Assembly (NCBI GenBank): GCA_016790695.1
Contig: JAEUOS010000066.1
Coordinates: 23,446-87,445, forward strand
DNA: 64,000 bases
DNA from: Burkholderiales bacterium
GTDB lineage: Bacteria; Pseudomonadota; Gammaproteobacteria; Burkholderiales; JAEUOS01
Direction of reading: 5' to 3'
Under the pieces are notes generated by a model that worked only from the letters and a program-made list of their open reading frames with translations, was not told where the DNA came from and did not search any database. Every line of letters begins with the position of its first letter. The first letter of the stretch is position 1. This document shows positions 1 to 12,253 of this stretch, one piece after another. The position numbers and the translations under genes are program-made.

Positions 1-70
1 CGCGATAGGGCACGCCGCATGGGAATCTCCGAAGTGTCGGCCGCCGGCGCCGCCGGGGACGTGCTGCCCG

Positions 71-481
71 CTACTTGTTGAACAGGCCCGACAACGCCCC
101 CAGCGCGCTGCCGAGGTCGAGCGAACCCTCCACCTGCCCGCCCGGGGTCAGCTTGTCGACCACCTCGGGGAGCATCTGGCTTAAACGTCCGGAGACGTCT
201 TCGGATGACATGCCGAACTTCGCCGCGAGGTCGGTCAGGGCGCCGCTTCCCAGCACGTTCTGGATCTGCTCGGGGGAGATCGGCAGGTTGGCGCCGGTGC
301 CGACCCAGGATGCGGCGATCTCGCCCAGCCCCTTGTCGCGGAAGTTCTGCACCAGGCCGGCCAGGCCGCCTTCCTGTTGCGCGATCATGCCGAGTATCCC
401 CTCGAGGAGCGGATTCTGGCCGCCGGCGCCGCCGCCGAGCGCCTGACCGGCGATTTGCGTGATCGAGTCGAGCAGTCCCAT
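71..481 (-). CDS. YidB-like protein (DUF937 family)
   Basis: Minus ORF 71..541; start moved to ATG at 481 (MGLLDSITQIAG...). Gly-rich N-half and the block GLGEIAASWVGTGANLPISPEQIQ are typical of YidB/DUF937. Confidence 0.7.
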   Translation of the reverse strand: MGLLDSITQIAGQALGGGAGGQNPLLEGILGMIAQQEGGLAGLVQNFRDKGLGEIAASWVGTGANLPISPEQIQNVLGSGALTDLAAKFGMSSEDVSGRLSQMLPEVVDKLTPGGQVEGSLDLGSALGALSGLFNK

Positions 482-569
482 GTCGTGTCCTTGTGGTGAA
501 ACGGAGGTCGTCCGTCCGGCGCACCGCGCGCCACGCGCCATGCTAACGCACGCGGCGCGACCGCGCCGG

Positions 570-1718
570 TCAGTTCTTGCGGGCCAGGTTCAGGGCATCG
601 ATCACCGCGCGCGCGAAGCGGTAGCTGGCCCATTGCACCAGGCGGGCCAGCACGGGGCGCCGCCGGAAGCCGGCGGGATCGATCGGCGTCGCCCCGGCGG
701 CGATCGCCGCCTGCAGGCTGTCCCGCAGCGTTGCCGCGAATCCGCGGTCGACGACCTCGACGTTGGCTTCGCGCGACAGCAACAGGCTGAACGGATCGAG
801 GTTCGACGAGCCGACCGTCGCCCAGGCATCGTCGATCACGGCAACCTTCGAATGGAGGAAGCTCCGGTGGTACTCGAGCACCTCGATGCCGGCCGCGTGC
901 AGGCGCCGGTACAGGAACTCGCTGGCGCGCTTGAGCAGAAGATGGTCGCTCGGGCCCTGCAGCAGGATGCGCACGCGCACCCCGCGCAGGGCGGCGCGGC
1001 GCAGGGCGTCGAAGACCCGGGGCGACGGCAGGAAGTAGGCGATGGCGATCAGGATATCGGCGCGCGCATCGCCGATCGCGGCGAGATAGGCGTTCTCGAT
1101 GTCGCGGCGATGGGCCAGGTTGTCGCGAACCAGGAGGCGCGCGCGCATCGTGCCGGCCGCCGGGGCGGGCGGGCCGGGCAGGCGGCGACGGCGGCGGCGG
1201 AACGCGGCGAAGGAGACCACGGTCCACAGGTGCCAGGCGGCGGCGGCGACGTCGTCGACGACCGGCCCGCGCATCCGGACCGCGTAGTCGAATCGCGGCG
1301 GCACCTCGTTGGGCGTGTTCCAGTCGTCGATGATGTTGATGCCGCCGACGAAGGCGACCGTCGCGTCGGCGACGGCCAGCTTGCGGTGCATGCGGCGCAG
1401 GCCGCGCACCGGCTGCCACCAGAGCGGCCGCCGGTAGACCAGCAATTCCACGCCGGCGGCGACCAGCGCGTCGCGCAGGTGCGCCGCCATGTCGCGCGCC
1501 CCGAACCCGTCGACCAGCACGCGCACGGCCGCGCCGCGCCGCGCCGCCGCCGCCAGGGCCGCGGTGATCCGCGCCGCGGTGGCGTCGTCGTCGTAGATGT
1601 AGGTTTCGAGGAACACCTCGCGCGCCGCGCCGTCGATCGCCGCGAGGAGCGCGGGGAAATACCCGGCACCCGACTCCAGCAGCTCGATCCGGTTGGCGTC
1701 GCGGAACGGATGGTTCAT
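570..1718 (-). CDS. clsB: Cardiolipin synthase B-like phospholipase D family protein
   Basis: 382 aa with two HKD motifs (HRKLAVADATVAFVGGINIID and HSKVAVIDDAWATVGSSNLD). ATGA overlap with the upstream EEP-family gene, matching the E. coli ybhP-clsB arrangement. Confidence 0.9.
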   Translation of the reverse strand: MNHPFRDANRIELLESGAGYFPALLAAIDGAAREVFLETYIYDDDATAARITAALAAAARRGAAVRVLVDGFGARDMAAHLRDALVAAGVELLVYRRPLWWQPVRGLRRMHRKLAVADATVAFVGGINIIDDWNTPNEVPPRFDYAVRMRGPVVDDVAAAAWHLWTVVSFAAFRRRRRRLPGPPAPAAGTMRARLLVRDNLAHRRDIENAYLAAIGDARADILIAIAYFLPSPRVFDALRRAALRGVRVRILLQGPSDHLLLKRASEFLYRRLHAAGIEVLEYHRSFLHSKVAVIDDAWATVGSSNLDPFSLLLSREANVEVVDRGFAATLRDSLQAAIAAGATPIDPAGFRRRPVLARLVQWASYRFARAVIDALNLARKN

Positions 1719-2455
1719 CGCGGGGCGAAGGTCGCGAACAGCGCGAGGTGGTCGGACAGCCGCGACCAGCTGGTCATGCGCTGCGCACCCAGCGCGGTGA
1801 GGTCGCGCGCGTAGATGCGGTCCAGGCGCAGGATCGGCAGGCGGCCGGGGAAGGTGCGCGGCAGCCGCACGTTGCGCTCGCGGAAGACGTCGACCAGTCC
1901 GATCCGGCGCAGCCTGTCCTCGGCGGTGTTGCGCCAGTCGTTGAAGTCGCCGGCGACGATCACCGGCTCGCCGCGGCCCGCACGCTCCTCCACCGCCTCG
2001 ATGATGGTGTCGATCTGGCGCGTGCGACCGCGCTCGAACAGGCCCAGGTGCACGCAGAAGCAGTGGGTCGGCAGGCCGCGGACGTCGATGGTCGCGTGCA
2101 GCAGGCCGCGGCGCTCGAATCGATGGTCGGAGATGTCGTCATTGCGCACGCGCGACACCGGGAAGCGCGACAGGATCAGGTTGCCGTGGTGCCCGTGATC
2201 GTAGACGGCGTTGCGGCCGTAGTGCACCTCCGGCCACAGGCCTTCGGCCAGGAAGCGGCTCTGCGCGAGCACCGGCCAGTCGGCATGGCGCGCCGCGTGG
2301 CGCGAATGCGCGTCCTGGACTTCCTGCAGGAACACGATGTCCGGCGACAGCGCGTGCAACCGTTCGCGCAGGTCGTGCACGACCAGGCGCCGGTTGAGCG
2401 GCGAGAAGCCCTTGTGGATGTTGAGACTCAGGACGGAGAATCGATTCGGGGTCAT
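1715..2455 (-). CDS. Endonuclease/exonuclease/phosphatase family protein (YbhP-like)
   Basis: ORF 1715..2560; start chosen at ATG 2455 (MTPNRFSVLSLNIHKGF...). EEP-like blocks LSLNIH, DIVFLQEV, IVAGDFN, SDH near the C-terminus. Stop overlaps the clsB start. Confidence 0.85.
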   Translation of the reverse strand: MTPNRFSVLSLNIHKGFSPLNRRLVVHDLRERLHALSPDIVFLQEVQDAHSRHAARHADWPVLAQSRFLAEGLWPEVHYGRNAVYDHGHHGNLILSRFPVSRVRNDDISDHRFERRGLLHATIDVRGLPTHCFCVHLGLFERGRTRQIDTIIEAVEERAGRGEPVIVAGDFNDWRNTAEDRLRRIGLVDVFRERNVRLPRTFPGRLPILRLDRIYARDLTALGAQRMTSWSRLSDHLALFATFAPR

Positions 2456-2595
2456 CGGGCGGGCCGGTAAGCGATGCGCCATGGTAGCGTGGCGCCTGCG
2501 GGCGCAGGGTGCGCTGTTCTTTTCCTTCGCCCGTCTTGCGGCGGCGCGCGGCGCCCCCACATGATAGAGATCAGGGATTGAGTGCAGGAGGCGCC

Positions 2596-3990
2596 ATGGG
2601 CGAGCTTGCGGTCCGGCCGGCGGCGGTGGCCGGCATGTTCTATCCGGCGGCCCGGGCGGCGCTGCGCAGCGCGCTGTTCGGCTTCCTGGAAGAGGCCCGA
2701 CGGCGCCTGGCGCCCGGGGCGGCGGCGCCGAAGGCGGTGATCGCGCCGCACGCCGGCTACGTGTACTCCGGCGCGGTGGCGGCGTCGGCCTATGCGCGCC
2801 TGGCCGGCCTGCGCGGCCAGGTCACGCGCGTGGTGCTGATCGGGCCGTGCCATCGCGTCGCGGTGCGCGGCATCGCGCTGCCCGCGGCGCGCGCGTTCGA
2901 CACGCCGCTGGGGCGAGTCGAGATCGACCAGGACGCCGCGGACCGGCTGCGCGGGCTGCCGACGGTGCAGGACAGCGCGGCCGCGCATGCCGCCGACCAC
3001 GCGCTCGAAGTCCATCTGCCGTTCCTGCAGCACACGCTCGGCGCGTTTCGCCTGGTTCCGCTGCTCGTCGGCAGGGCGCGTGCCGAAGACGTCGCGGCCG
3101 TGCTCGACGCGCTCTGGGGCGGGCCGGAGACGCTGGTCGTGATCAGCTCCGACCTGTCGCACTACCTCGGCTACGACGCGGCGGTGCGCGAGGACCGGCG
3201 CACCATCGACGCGGTGCTCGCACTCGAGCCGGCGATCGATCACGAGCAAGCGTGCGGGGCCACCGCGGTCAACGGCCTGATCCAGGTGGCGCGGCGCCGG
3301 GGCCTCGCCGCCGAACTCCTCGACCTGCGCAATTCCGGCGACACCGCGGGCGACAAGTCGCGGGTGGTCGGATACGCCGCGGTCGCGTTCGTCGAGCCGC
3401 GCGCGGCCGCGCGTGCGCCGGCCGATGCGGCTGCCGACGCCGGGACGGCCGGGCAGGGCGAGGTTCTGCTGGGCCTGGCGCGGAGCGCGATCGGCGAGCG
3501 CCTCGGCATCGATGCCGCGGGCGCCGGCGCCGATGCGGCCTTTCTCGCCCGGCCGGGGGCGAGTTTCGTGACCCTGACGCGGGACGGCGCGCTGCGCGGC
3601 TGCATCGGCAGCCTCGTCGCGCACCGACCGCTCGGCGACGACGTCCGGCACAACGCGCGCGCGGCGGCGTTCGCCGACCCGCGCTTCGCGCCGCTCTTGC
3701 GCGAGGAGTTTCGCGCCATCCGCGTCGAGGTGTCCGTCCTCGACGCGCCGCAGCCGCTGACGGTCTCCGGCGAGGCCGACCTGCTGGCGCGGCTGCGGCC
3801 GCAGGTCGACGGGCTGATCCTCGAATATGGCGCGCACCGCGCCACCTTCCTGCCGCAGGTCTGGGAGAGCCTGCCGCGGCCGCGCGACTTCCTCGAGCAG
3901 CTCAAGGCCAAGGCCGGCCTGCCGCGCGGATTCTGGTCCGACGACATGAAGGTCGCGCGCTACGCGGTGCGGAAATGGGCCGAGGCATGA
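2596..3990 (+). CDS. Fused AmmeMemoRadiSam system protein B (Memo-like) / protein A (AMMECR1)
   Basis: AGGAGG at 2586-2591, 4 nt before ATG 2596. N-half has Memo-like blocks AGMFYP, APHAGYVYSG, HALEVHLPFL, SSDLSHY. C-half has AMMECR1 blocks GASFVTLTRDGALRGCIGS and FLPQVW. One uninterrupted 464-codon frame. Confidence 0.9.
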   Translation: MGELAVRPAAVAGMFYPAARAALRSALFGFLEEARRRLAPGAAAPKAVIAPHAGYVYSGAVAASAYARLAGLRGQVTRVVLIGPCHRVAVRGIALPAARAFDTPLGRVEIDQDAADRLRGLPTVQDSAAAHAADHALEVHLPFLQHTLGAFRLVPLLVGRARAEDVAAVLDALWGGPETLVVISSDLSHYLGYDAAVREDRRTIDAVLALEPAIDHEQACGATAVNGLIQVARRRGLAAELLDLRNSGDTAGDKSRVVGYAAVAFVEPRAAARAPADAAADAGTAGQGEVLLGLARSAIGERLGIDAAGAGADAAFLARPGASFVTLTRDGALRGCIGSLVAHRPLGDDVRHNARAAAFADPRFAPLLREEFRAIRVEVSVLDAPQPLTVSGEADLLARLRPQVDGLILEYGAHRATFLPQVWESLPRPRDFLEQLKAKAGLPRGFWSDDMKVARYAVRKWAEA

Positions 3991-5078
3991 GCGCGTTCGC
4001 GGACGACGAGCTGCATCCGGCGCGTTGGTGGCACGAGACCGCCGACGGGCGCATCCAGTGCGACCTCTGCCCGCGCGACTGCCGGCTCGGCGACGGCCAG
4101 CGCGGCGCGTGCTTCGTGCGCGCGCGGGCCGGCGATCGCATGGTGCTCACCACCTACGGGCGGTCCTCGGGATTCTGCGTCGACCCGATCGAGAAGAAGC
4201 CGCTGAACCACTTCTATCCGGGCTCGGCGGTGTTTTCCTTCGGCACCGCGGGCTGCAACCTGGCCTGCCGGTTCTGCCAGAACTGGGACATCTCCAAGTC
4301 GCGCGACATGGACCGGCTGATGGACCGCGCCGGCCCGGAGGCGATCGCGCAGGCGGCGGCGAAGACCGGGTCGAAGAGCGTCGCCTTCACCTACAACGAC
4401 CCGGTGATCTTCGCCGAGTATGCGATGGACGTGGCCGACGCCTGCCACGCGCGCGGCCTGAAGACAGTGGCCGTGACCGCGGGCTACATGCACGACGCGC
4501 CGCGCCGCGCGTTCTACGCGAAGATGGACGCCGCCAACGTCGACCTGAAGGCCTTCACCGAGGACTTCTACGCCCGCCACACCGCCTCCGCGCTGGAGCC
4601 GGTCAAGGACACGCTGCGCTACCTGGTGCACGACACCCCGGTGTGGACCGAGATCACCACCCTCCTCATCCCGACGCTCAACGACTCGGACGACGAACTG
4701 CGCGCCATGTGCGCCTGGATCGCGCGCGACCTCGGCACGCATGTGCCGCTGCACTTCACGGCGTTCCATCCCGACTACCGCATGACGGACCTGCCGGCCA
4801 CGCCGGCGGCGACCCTGTCGCGCGCGCGCCGCATCGCCATCGAGGCGGGCCTCGCCTACGTCTACACCGGCAACGTCCACGATCCGGCCGGCGGCACCAC
4901 CGCCTGCCGCAAGTGCGGCACCGCGCTCGTCGTGCGCGACTGGCATCGCATCCTCGAATACAACCTGACCCCGGGCGGGCACTGCCGCTTCTGCCACGCC
5001 GAGGTGCCGGGGCGCTTCGAGCGGTTCACGGGGCAGTTCGGACCGCGCCGCATTCCGGTGCGCCTGGCGCACGCGTAG
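3987..5078 (+). CDS. AmmeMemoRadiSam system radical SAM enzyme
   Basis: ATG 3987 overlaps the upstream TGA (ATGA). Radical SAM motif CNLACRFCQNW (CX3CX2C), plus an N-terminal Cys cluster CDLCPRDCRLGDGQRGAC and a C-terminal CRKCG...CRFC. Confidence 0.9.
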   Translation: MSAFADDELHPARWWHETADGRIQCDLCPRDCRLGDGQRGACFVRARAGDRMVLTTYGRSSGFCVDPIEKKPLNHFYPGSAVFSFGTAGCNLACRFCQNWDISKSRDMDRLMDRAGPEAIAQAAAKTGSKSVAFTYNDPVIFAEYAMDVADACHARGLKTVAVTAGYMHDAPRRAFYAKMDAANVDLKAFTEDFYARHTASALEPVKDTLRYLVHDTPVWTEITTLLIPTLNDSDDELRAMCAWIARDLGTHVPLHFTAFHPDYRMTDLPATPAATLSRARRIAIEAGLAYVYTGNVHDPAGGTTACRKCGTALVVRDWHRILEYNLTPGGHCRFCHAEVPGRFERFTGQFGPRRIPVRLAHA

Positions 5079-5131
5079 GCCCGCGCGGGCGCCGGCGCGC
5101 GACTGGTCCGTGCGCGCCATGACCGGCCGCG

Positions 5132-5749
5132 TCATGCCAGCGCCGCGATGACCTCGTCGTCCTCGACCTGGGGAAAGTGCCGGTAGAACTGCCCGACCGC
5201 GTGGAAATCGGCCGGGGTCTCGAGGCAGACCAGCTCGTCGCACAGCGTGCGCACGCGGTCCGCGGTCTCGGGCGGCGCCACCGGCACGGCGCAGATCAGG
5301 CGCTGCGGCGACTTCTGGCGCAGCGCATGCAGCGCGGCGATCATGGTCGAGCCGGTCGCGAGCCCGTCGTCGACGACGATGACGATGCGTCCCGCGGGGT
5401 CGTGCGCGGTGCGGTGCAGGGTGTAGGCGCGGCGCCGCTCGCGCATGAGCGCCAGCTGCGCGGCCTTCTCGCGTTCGATGTAGGCATCCGAGGCCCCGGT
5501 CAGGCGCGCGCCCTCGCCCAGGAACGACCAGCCCGACTCGTCGATGGCGCCGATCGCGTACTCGGCATGGCCGGGCGCGCCGAGCTTGCGCACCAGGACG
5601 ACGTCGACCTCGCCGCCCAGGTCCGCGGCGATGATCTTCGCCATCGGCACCGCGCCGCGCGGGATGCCCAGGACCAGCGGGTTCCTGCCGCGCCACTGCG
5701 CGAGCGCCGCGGCCAGGCGCACTGCCGCGTCGTTGCGGTCCTCGAACAC
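5132..5749 (-). CDS. Phosphoribosyltransferase family protein
   Basis: GTG start at 5749 with GGAGG 6 nt upstream. PRPP-binding loop RIVIVVDDGLATGSTM. 205 aa. Confidence 0.85.
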   Translation of the reverse strand: MFEDRNDAAVRLAAALAQWRGRNPLVLGIPRGAVPMAKIIAADLGGEVDVVLVRKLGAPGHAEYAIGAIDESGWSFLGEGARLTGASDAYIEREKAAQLALMRERRRAYTLHRTAHDPAGRIVIVVDDGLATGSTMIAALHALRQKSPQRLICAVPVAPPETADRVRTLCDELVCLETPADFHAVGQFYRHFPQVEDDEVIAALA

Positions 5750-5770
5750 CGGATGCCTCCGCGAGCGCGG

Positions 5771-6019
5771 CTACGCGCCCAGCCGCGTCGCCAGATAGTC
5801 GACGAGCACGTCCAGGGTCGTGAGCTTGCGGTAGTCGGCCTCGGGGATGTCGACGCCGGTGCGTTCCTTGAGCGCGATCAGGAAGTTGAGCCAGTCCATC
5901 GAGTCGAGGTCGACCTGCTCGCGCAGCGTCCGGGCGCCCGCGAGCTGGTCGGGCTCGACTTCCGGGGCGATGGAGAGAAGCGTGGCGAGCACCGCTTCGC
6001 GCAGTTCAGTGCGGTTCAT
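5771..6019 (-). CDS. Stand-alone acyl carrier protein (phosphopantetheine-binding)
   Basis: 82-aa C-terminal part of ORF 5771..7180 starting MNRTELREAV. Carrier-protein serine motif QVDLDSMDWLNF. ATG 6019 overlaps the E2 stop (ATGA). Confidence 0.8.
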   Translation of the reverse strand: MNRTELREAVLATLLSIAPEVEPDQLAGARTLREQVDLDSMDWLNFLIALKERTGVDIPEADYRKLTTLDVLVDYLATRLGA

Positions 6020-7239
6020 AGGGCTTCCGGTTGTTGCAGCAGGCTGGTGATCTCGGCCAGGAACAGCGCGCCCTGATGGCCGCTGCTGACGCGGTGGTCG
6101 CCCGACAGGGTCGCCGTCGCGCACGGGGCGGCGACGACCGTGCCGTTGTCGACCCAGGGGCGGTCGGCGATGGCGCCGAACCCGACCAGGGCGACCTGCG
6201 GCGGGTAGATCACCCCGAACACGCTTTCGCTGCCCAGTTCGCCGAGGTTGGTGAGGGTGATGGTCGGGTTGGCCATCTCGGAACTGCGCAGGCTGCCGGC
6301 GCGGCTGCGCCGGACCAGGTCGCTCAGGGCCGTCATGACCTCGGCGGCGCTCTTCCTGTCGGCGTCGAGGATCGCCGGCGCGACCAGGCCGCCGCCGCGC
6401 AGCGCGATCGCCACGCCGACGTGCACCGCGGCGGACGGAGCGAAGGCGCCGTCGCGAAAGAACCCGTTCATCGCCGGATGCCTGGTGCAGGCGAGTGCCA
6501 CGGCGCGCGTCACCAGCGCGGCCATGATCAGGCGCTCGGTGATCGGCCGATGCGCGTTGCGCGCCTCCAGCCAGGCGCTGGCGCGCGCGAGATTGACGGT
6601 CTGGCCGAGGTAGTAGTGCGGAATCTCGCGCTTCGAGCGGCTCATCGCCGCGGCCATCGCGCGACGCATCTCGCCGGCGCGGTCGGCGCCGGTTGCCGGC
6701 CGCGGCGCGCGCGCTGCCGCCTCGACGTCGTCGAGCGTGATCGCGCCGTCCGGGCCGCTGCCGCGCAGTGCCGCCAGGTCGATCCCGAGTTCGCCCGCGC
6801 GTTTGCGTGCGGCCGGCGAGGCGCGGCGACGTGCGCCGTCGGCCGCGCCGCCCGGGCCGGGCGGCGGCGCCGCCGCCGCCGGCGCGGCCGCAGGCGAGGA
6901 CGCAGGTGCGGCGGAAGGCGCAGCACCAGGCGCAGCACCAGGCGCAGCGGCGGGCGCAGCAGCGGCCGGCGCACCCGGCGCACGCGGCGCGCCCGGCGCC
7001 TCGCCGGGCGCGCGCAGGATCGCGAGCACGGTGCCGACCGGCACGGTCTGGCCCGGCGCGACGACGAGCGCGTCGACGATGCCGGCTTCCCAGATCTCGA
7101 TGTCCACCGCGGCCTTGGACGTGTCGACGATGGCGACCACGTCGCCGCGCCGGACGGTGTCGCCGGGCTTGACCTTCCACTCGAGGAGCTTGCCCTCGTC
7201 CATGTCGGCGCCGAGCGACGGCAGCTTGAACTCGATCAT
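6016..7239 (-). CDS. 2-oxoacid dehydrogenase E2 (dihydrolipoamide acyltransferase)
   Basis: Start MIEFKLPSLGADMDEGK at 7239. Lipoyl domain with VVAIVDTSKAAVDIE, Ala/Pro linker, E1/E3-binding domain ASPAARKRAGELGIDLAALRGSGPDG, catalytic SGDHRVSSG. Confidence 0.9.
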   Translation of the reverse strand: MIEFKLPSLGADMDEGKLLEWKVKPGDTVRRGDVVAIVDTSKAAVDIEIWEAGIVDALVVAPGQTVPVGTVLAILRAPGEAPGAPRAPGAPAAAAPAAAPGAAPGAAPSAAPASSPAAAPAAAAPPPGPGGAADGARRRASPAARKRAGELGIDLAALRGSGPDGAITLDDVEAAARAPRPATGADRAGEMRRAMAAAMSRSKREIPHYYLGQTVNLARASAWLEARNAHRPITERLIMAALVTRAVALACTRHPAMNGFFRDGAFAPSAAVHVGVAIALRGGGLVAPAILDADRKSAAEVMTALSDLVRRSRAGSLRSSEMANPTITLTNLGELGSESVFGVIYPPQVALVGFGAIADRPWVDNGTVVAAPCATATLSGDHRVSSGHQGALFLAEITSLLQQPEAL

Positions 7240-7249
7240 CGCGCCGGCC

Positions 7250-8224
7250 CTACGACCTGCCGCAGGCGCGCCGCGCCGCCGCGACGATCGCGGCGACCTG
7301 CGGCAGCGCCGCGTCCTCGAGGTGCTTGGCGTAGGGAATCGGCACCTCCTCGCTGCACACCCGCAGCGGCGCCGCATCGAGGTCATAGAGCGCCTCCTCG
7401 GCGATGCGCGCGACGATCTCGCCGGCCAGGCTGCCGGTCTTCCAGCCTTCGTCGATCACCACCGCCCGGTGGGTCCGGCGCACCGAGGCCAGGATGGTCT
7501 CCAGGTCCAGCGGGCGCAGCACGCGCAGGTCGACGACCTCCGCGTCGATGCCGTCGGCGGCCAGCGCATCGGCCGCCTCGAGGGTCTTGGGCAGCGACCC
7601 GCCATGGGTGATCAGGCTGACGTCGGCGCCGCTGCGGCGCAGCGCCGCGCGCGCGATGTCGACCGGCGCATCGCCGGCCTCGCCCTCGAGGTTGTAGAGC
7701 TGCACGTGCTCGAAGATGATCACCGGGTCGGGATCGGCGAGCGCGGCGGCGAGCATGCCGCGCGCATCCGCGACGGTGGCCGGCGCGAGCACCCGGATGC
7801 CGGGCACGTGCGCGTACCAGTTCTCCAGGCTGTGCGAATGCTGCGCGGCCAGCTGGCGCCCCGCGCCGGTCGCCATGCGCACCACCAGGGGCACCGAGAA
7901 CTGGCCGCCCGACATGTGGCGCATCAGCGCGGCGCTGTTGACGATCTGGTCCATCGCCAGCAGGCTGAAGTTGACCGTCATCACCTCGACGATCGGGCGC
8001 ATGCCGCCGATCGCGGCGCCGACCCCGGCGCCGACGAAGCCGAGTTCGGACAGCGGCGTGTCGCGCACCCGCTCGGGACCGAACTCGTCGAGCAGGCCCT
8101 TGCTCACCGCGTAGGTGCCGCCGTAGCGCCCGACGTCCTCGCCCATGAGGAACACGCGCGGGTCGGCGCGCAGCGCCTCGCGCAGGGCTTCGCGCATCGC
8201 CTCGCGGTAACTCATCCTGCTCAT
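7250..8224 (-). CDS. 2-oxoacid (pyruvate/acetoin-type) dehydrogenase E1 beta subunit
   Basis: 324 aa starting [14 protein letters not shown]. Transketolase-like blocks [13 protein letters not shown] and DTPLSE. Start overlaps the E1 alpha stop (ATGA). Confidence 0.9.
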   Translation of the reverse strand: MSRMSYREAMREALREALRADPRVFLMGEDVGRYGGTYAVSKGLLDEFGPERVRDTPLSELGFVGAGVGAAIGGMRPIVEVMTVNFSLLAMDQIVNSAALMRHMSGGQFSVPLVVRMATGAGRQLAAQHSHSLENWYAHVPGIRVLAPATVADARGMLAAALADPDPVIIFEHVQLYNLEGEAGDAPVDIARAALRRSGADVSLITHGGSLPKTLEAADALAADGIDAEVVDLRVLRPLDLETILASVRRTHRAVVIDEGWKTGSLAGEIVARIAEEALYDLDAAPLRVCSEEVPIPYAKHLEDAALPQVAAIVAAARRACGRS

Positions 8225-9215
8225 GCCGCGGCCCCCGGCGTGTGGACGTCGCGCGCGAGGTCGGCGACCGGCTCCAGGCGGCCGGCCTCGGCGAACGCGA
8301 CCGCCGCGTCGACCTCGGCCAGCGCGGCGCGGTCGATGGCGAGGAATTCCTCCTCGGTGAGCAGGCCCTGGGCCTTCAGGCGCGCCGAGAAGGTGTGGAT
8401 CGGCCCGCGCGCCTTCCATTCCTCGACCTCGGCCTTGCTGCGGTAGAGCTCGGCATCGAACATCGAGTGCGCGCGAAACCGGTAGGTGCGGAACTCGATG
8501 AACATCGGCCCGTCGGCGCGCACGCGCGCGACGGCCGCCGTCGCCGCCTCGTGCACGGCCACCACGTCCATGCCGTCGACGCGCATGGCGGGCATGCTGT
8601 ACGACGCGGCCTTGGCGCACAGGTCGGTCTGCGACTCGGAGCGCTCGAGCGCGGTGCCCATCGCGTAGCCGTTGTTCTCGCAGGCGAACAGCACGGGCAG
8701 CTTCCACAGTGCGGCCAGATTCATCGATTCGTGGAACGCGCCCTCGGCCATCGCGCCCTCGCCGAAGAAGCAGGCCGTCACGCGCCCGGCCTCCTGCATG
8801 CGCGCGGCCAGCGCGAGACCGACGGCCAGTGGCAGCCCGCCGCCGACGATGGCGTTGCCGCCGATCAGGCGCGTCGACGCGTCGAACAGGTGCATCGAGC
8901 CGCCGCGCCCGCGCGAGCAGCCTTCGACCTTGCCGTACATCTCGGCCATGATCGCGTTCATCGGGACGCCGCGCAGCAGCGCGTGGCCGTGCTCACGGTA
9001 GGTGGCGACGAGGTTGTCCTCGGGCGCGAGCGCGCGCACCGCGCCGGCGGCGACCGCCTCCTCGCCGATGTACAGGTGCAGGAAGCCGCGGATCCGGCCG
9101 GCGCCGTAGACCTCGGCGCACTTCTCCTCCATGCGCCGGATGCGCACCATGTCGGCGAGCATCGCGTGCGCGCGGTCGCGCGGCCACGGCACCGGGCCGG
9201 ACGGCGGCGGCGCGA

Positions 9216-9219
<4 letters not shown>
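8221..9219 (-). CDS. 2-oxoacid (pyruvate/acetoin-type) dehydrogenase E1 alpha subunit
   Basis: 332 aa starting [13 protein letters not shown]-binding region [38 protein letters not shown]. Start overlaps the acyl-CoA synthetase stop (ATGA). Confidence 0.9.
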
Positions 9220-10994
<1,775 letters not shown>

Positions 10995-11032
10995 TGGCTG
11001 CAGTTACTCTAGGAGCCGCAGCCCGGGCGTTG

Positions 11033-11046
11033 TTGATATTGCGCAA
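11033..11046. promoter_or_regulatory. FNR/FixK-type box TTGATATTGCGCAA (TTGA-N6-GCAA) upstream of the acyl-CoA synthetase operon
   Basis: Read directly from the sequence. A -10-like TAGAGT (minus strand, 11006-11011) lies 31 nt from the box centre. The groEL box at 12240 has the same spacing. Confidence 0.4.
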
Positions 11047-11050
11047 ACCG

Positions 11051-11068
11051 GCGCCGCTTTTGCGGCGC
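11051..11068 (-). terminator. Hairpin GCGCCGC-TTTT-GCGGCGC just downstream of the ald stop
   Basis: 7-bp GC stem with a 4-nt loop about 10 nt after the ald stop codon. Only a short T run (TTT) follows on the minus strand, so this is a weak intrinsic terminator candidate. Confidence 0.3.
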
Positions 11069-11077
11069 AGCACGTCC

Positions 11078-12193
<1,116 letters not shown>

Positions 12194-12239
12194 GATCGTT
12201 CTCCGGAAACGGCGGCGCGCGCGGCGCCGATACCGGATT

Positions 12240-12253
12240 TTGACATCGGTCAA
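12240..12253. promoter_or_regulatory. FNR/FixK-type box TTGACATCGGTCAA (perfect TTGA-N6-TCAA palindrome) upstream of groEL
   Basis: Read directly. Box centre is at 12246.5; -10-like TAGACT is at 12275-12280 (31 nt from the centre); GGAGG is at 12302-12306; groEL ATG is at 12314. The geometry fits a class II FNR-type promoter. Confidence 0.5.

Noticed and set aside
2561-2574. An FNR-like sequence, ATGATAGAGATCAG, between the ybhP-like and Memo/AMMECR1 genes.
   Set aside because: Both outer consensus positions are mismatched. The box centre is only 28 nt from the well-supported ATG at 2596, so it cannot sit at -41.5 for that gene. No -10-like hexamer lies at the expected distance on either strand. 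It is left as a weak possibility only.
6840-7010. Short tandem DNA repeats (for example gcagcaccaggc twice) and a proline/alanine-rich tract.
   Set aside because: This is the Ala/Pro-rich inter-domain linker of the E2 acyltransferase, a normal feature of lipoyl-domain proteins. It is not a separate repeat element.
12240-12245. TTGACA read as a sigma70 -35 hexamer for groEL.
   Set aside because: No -10-like hexamer lies 16-18 nt downstream. The hexamer is better explained as the left half of the TTGA-N6-TCAA palindrome.
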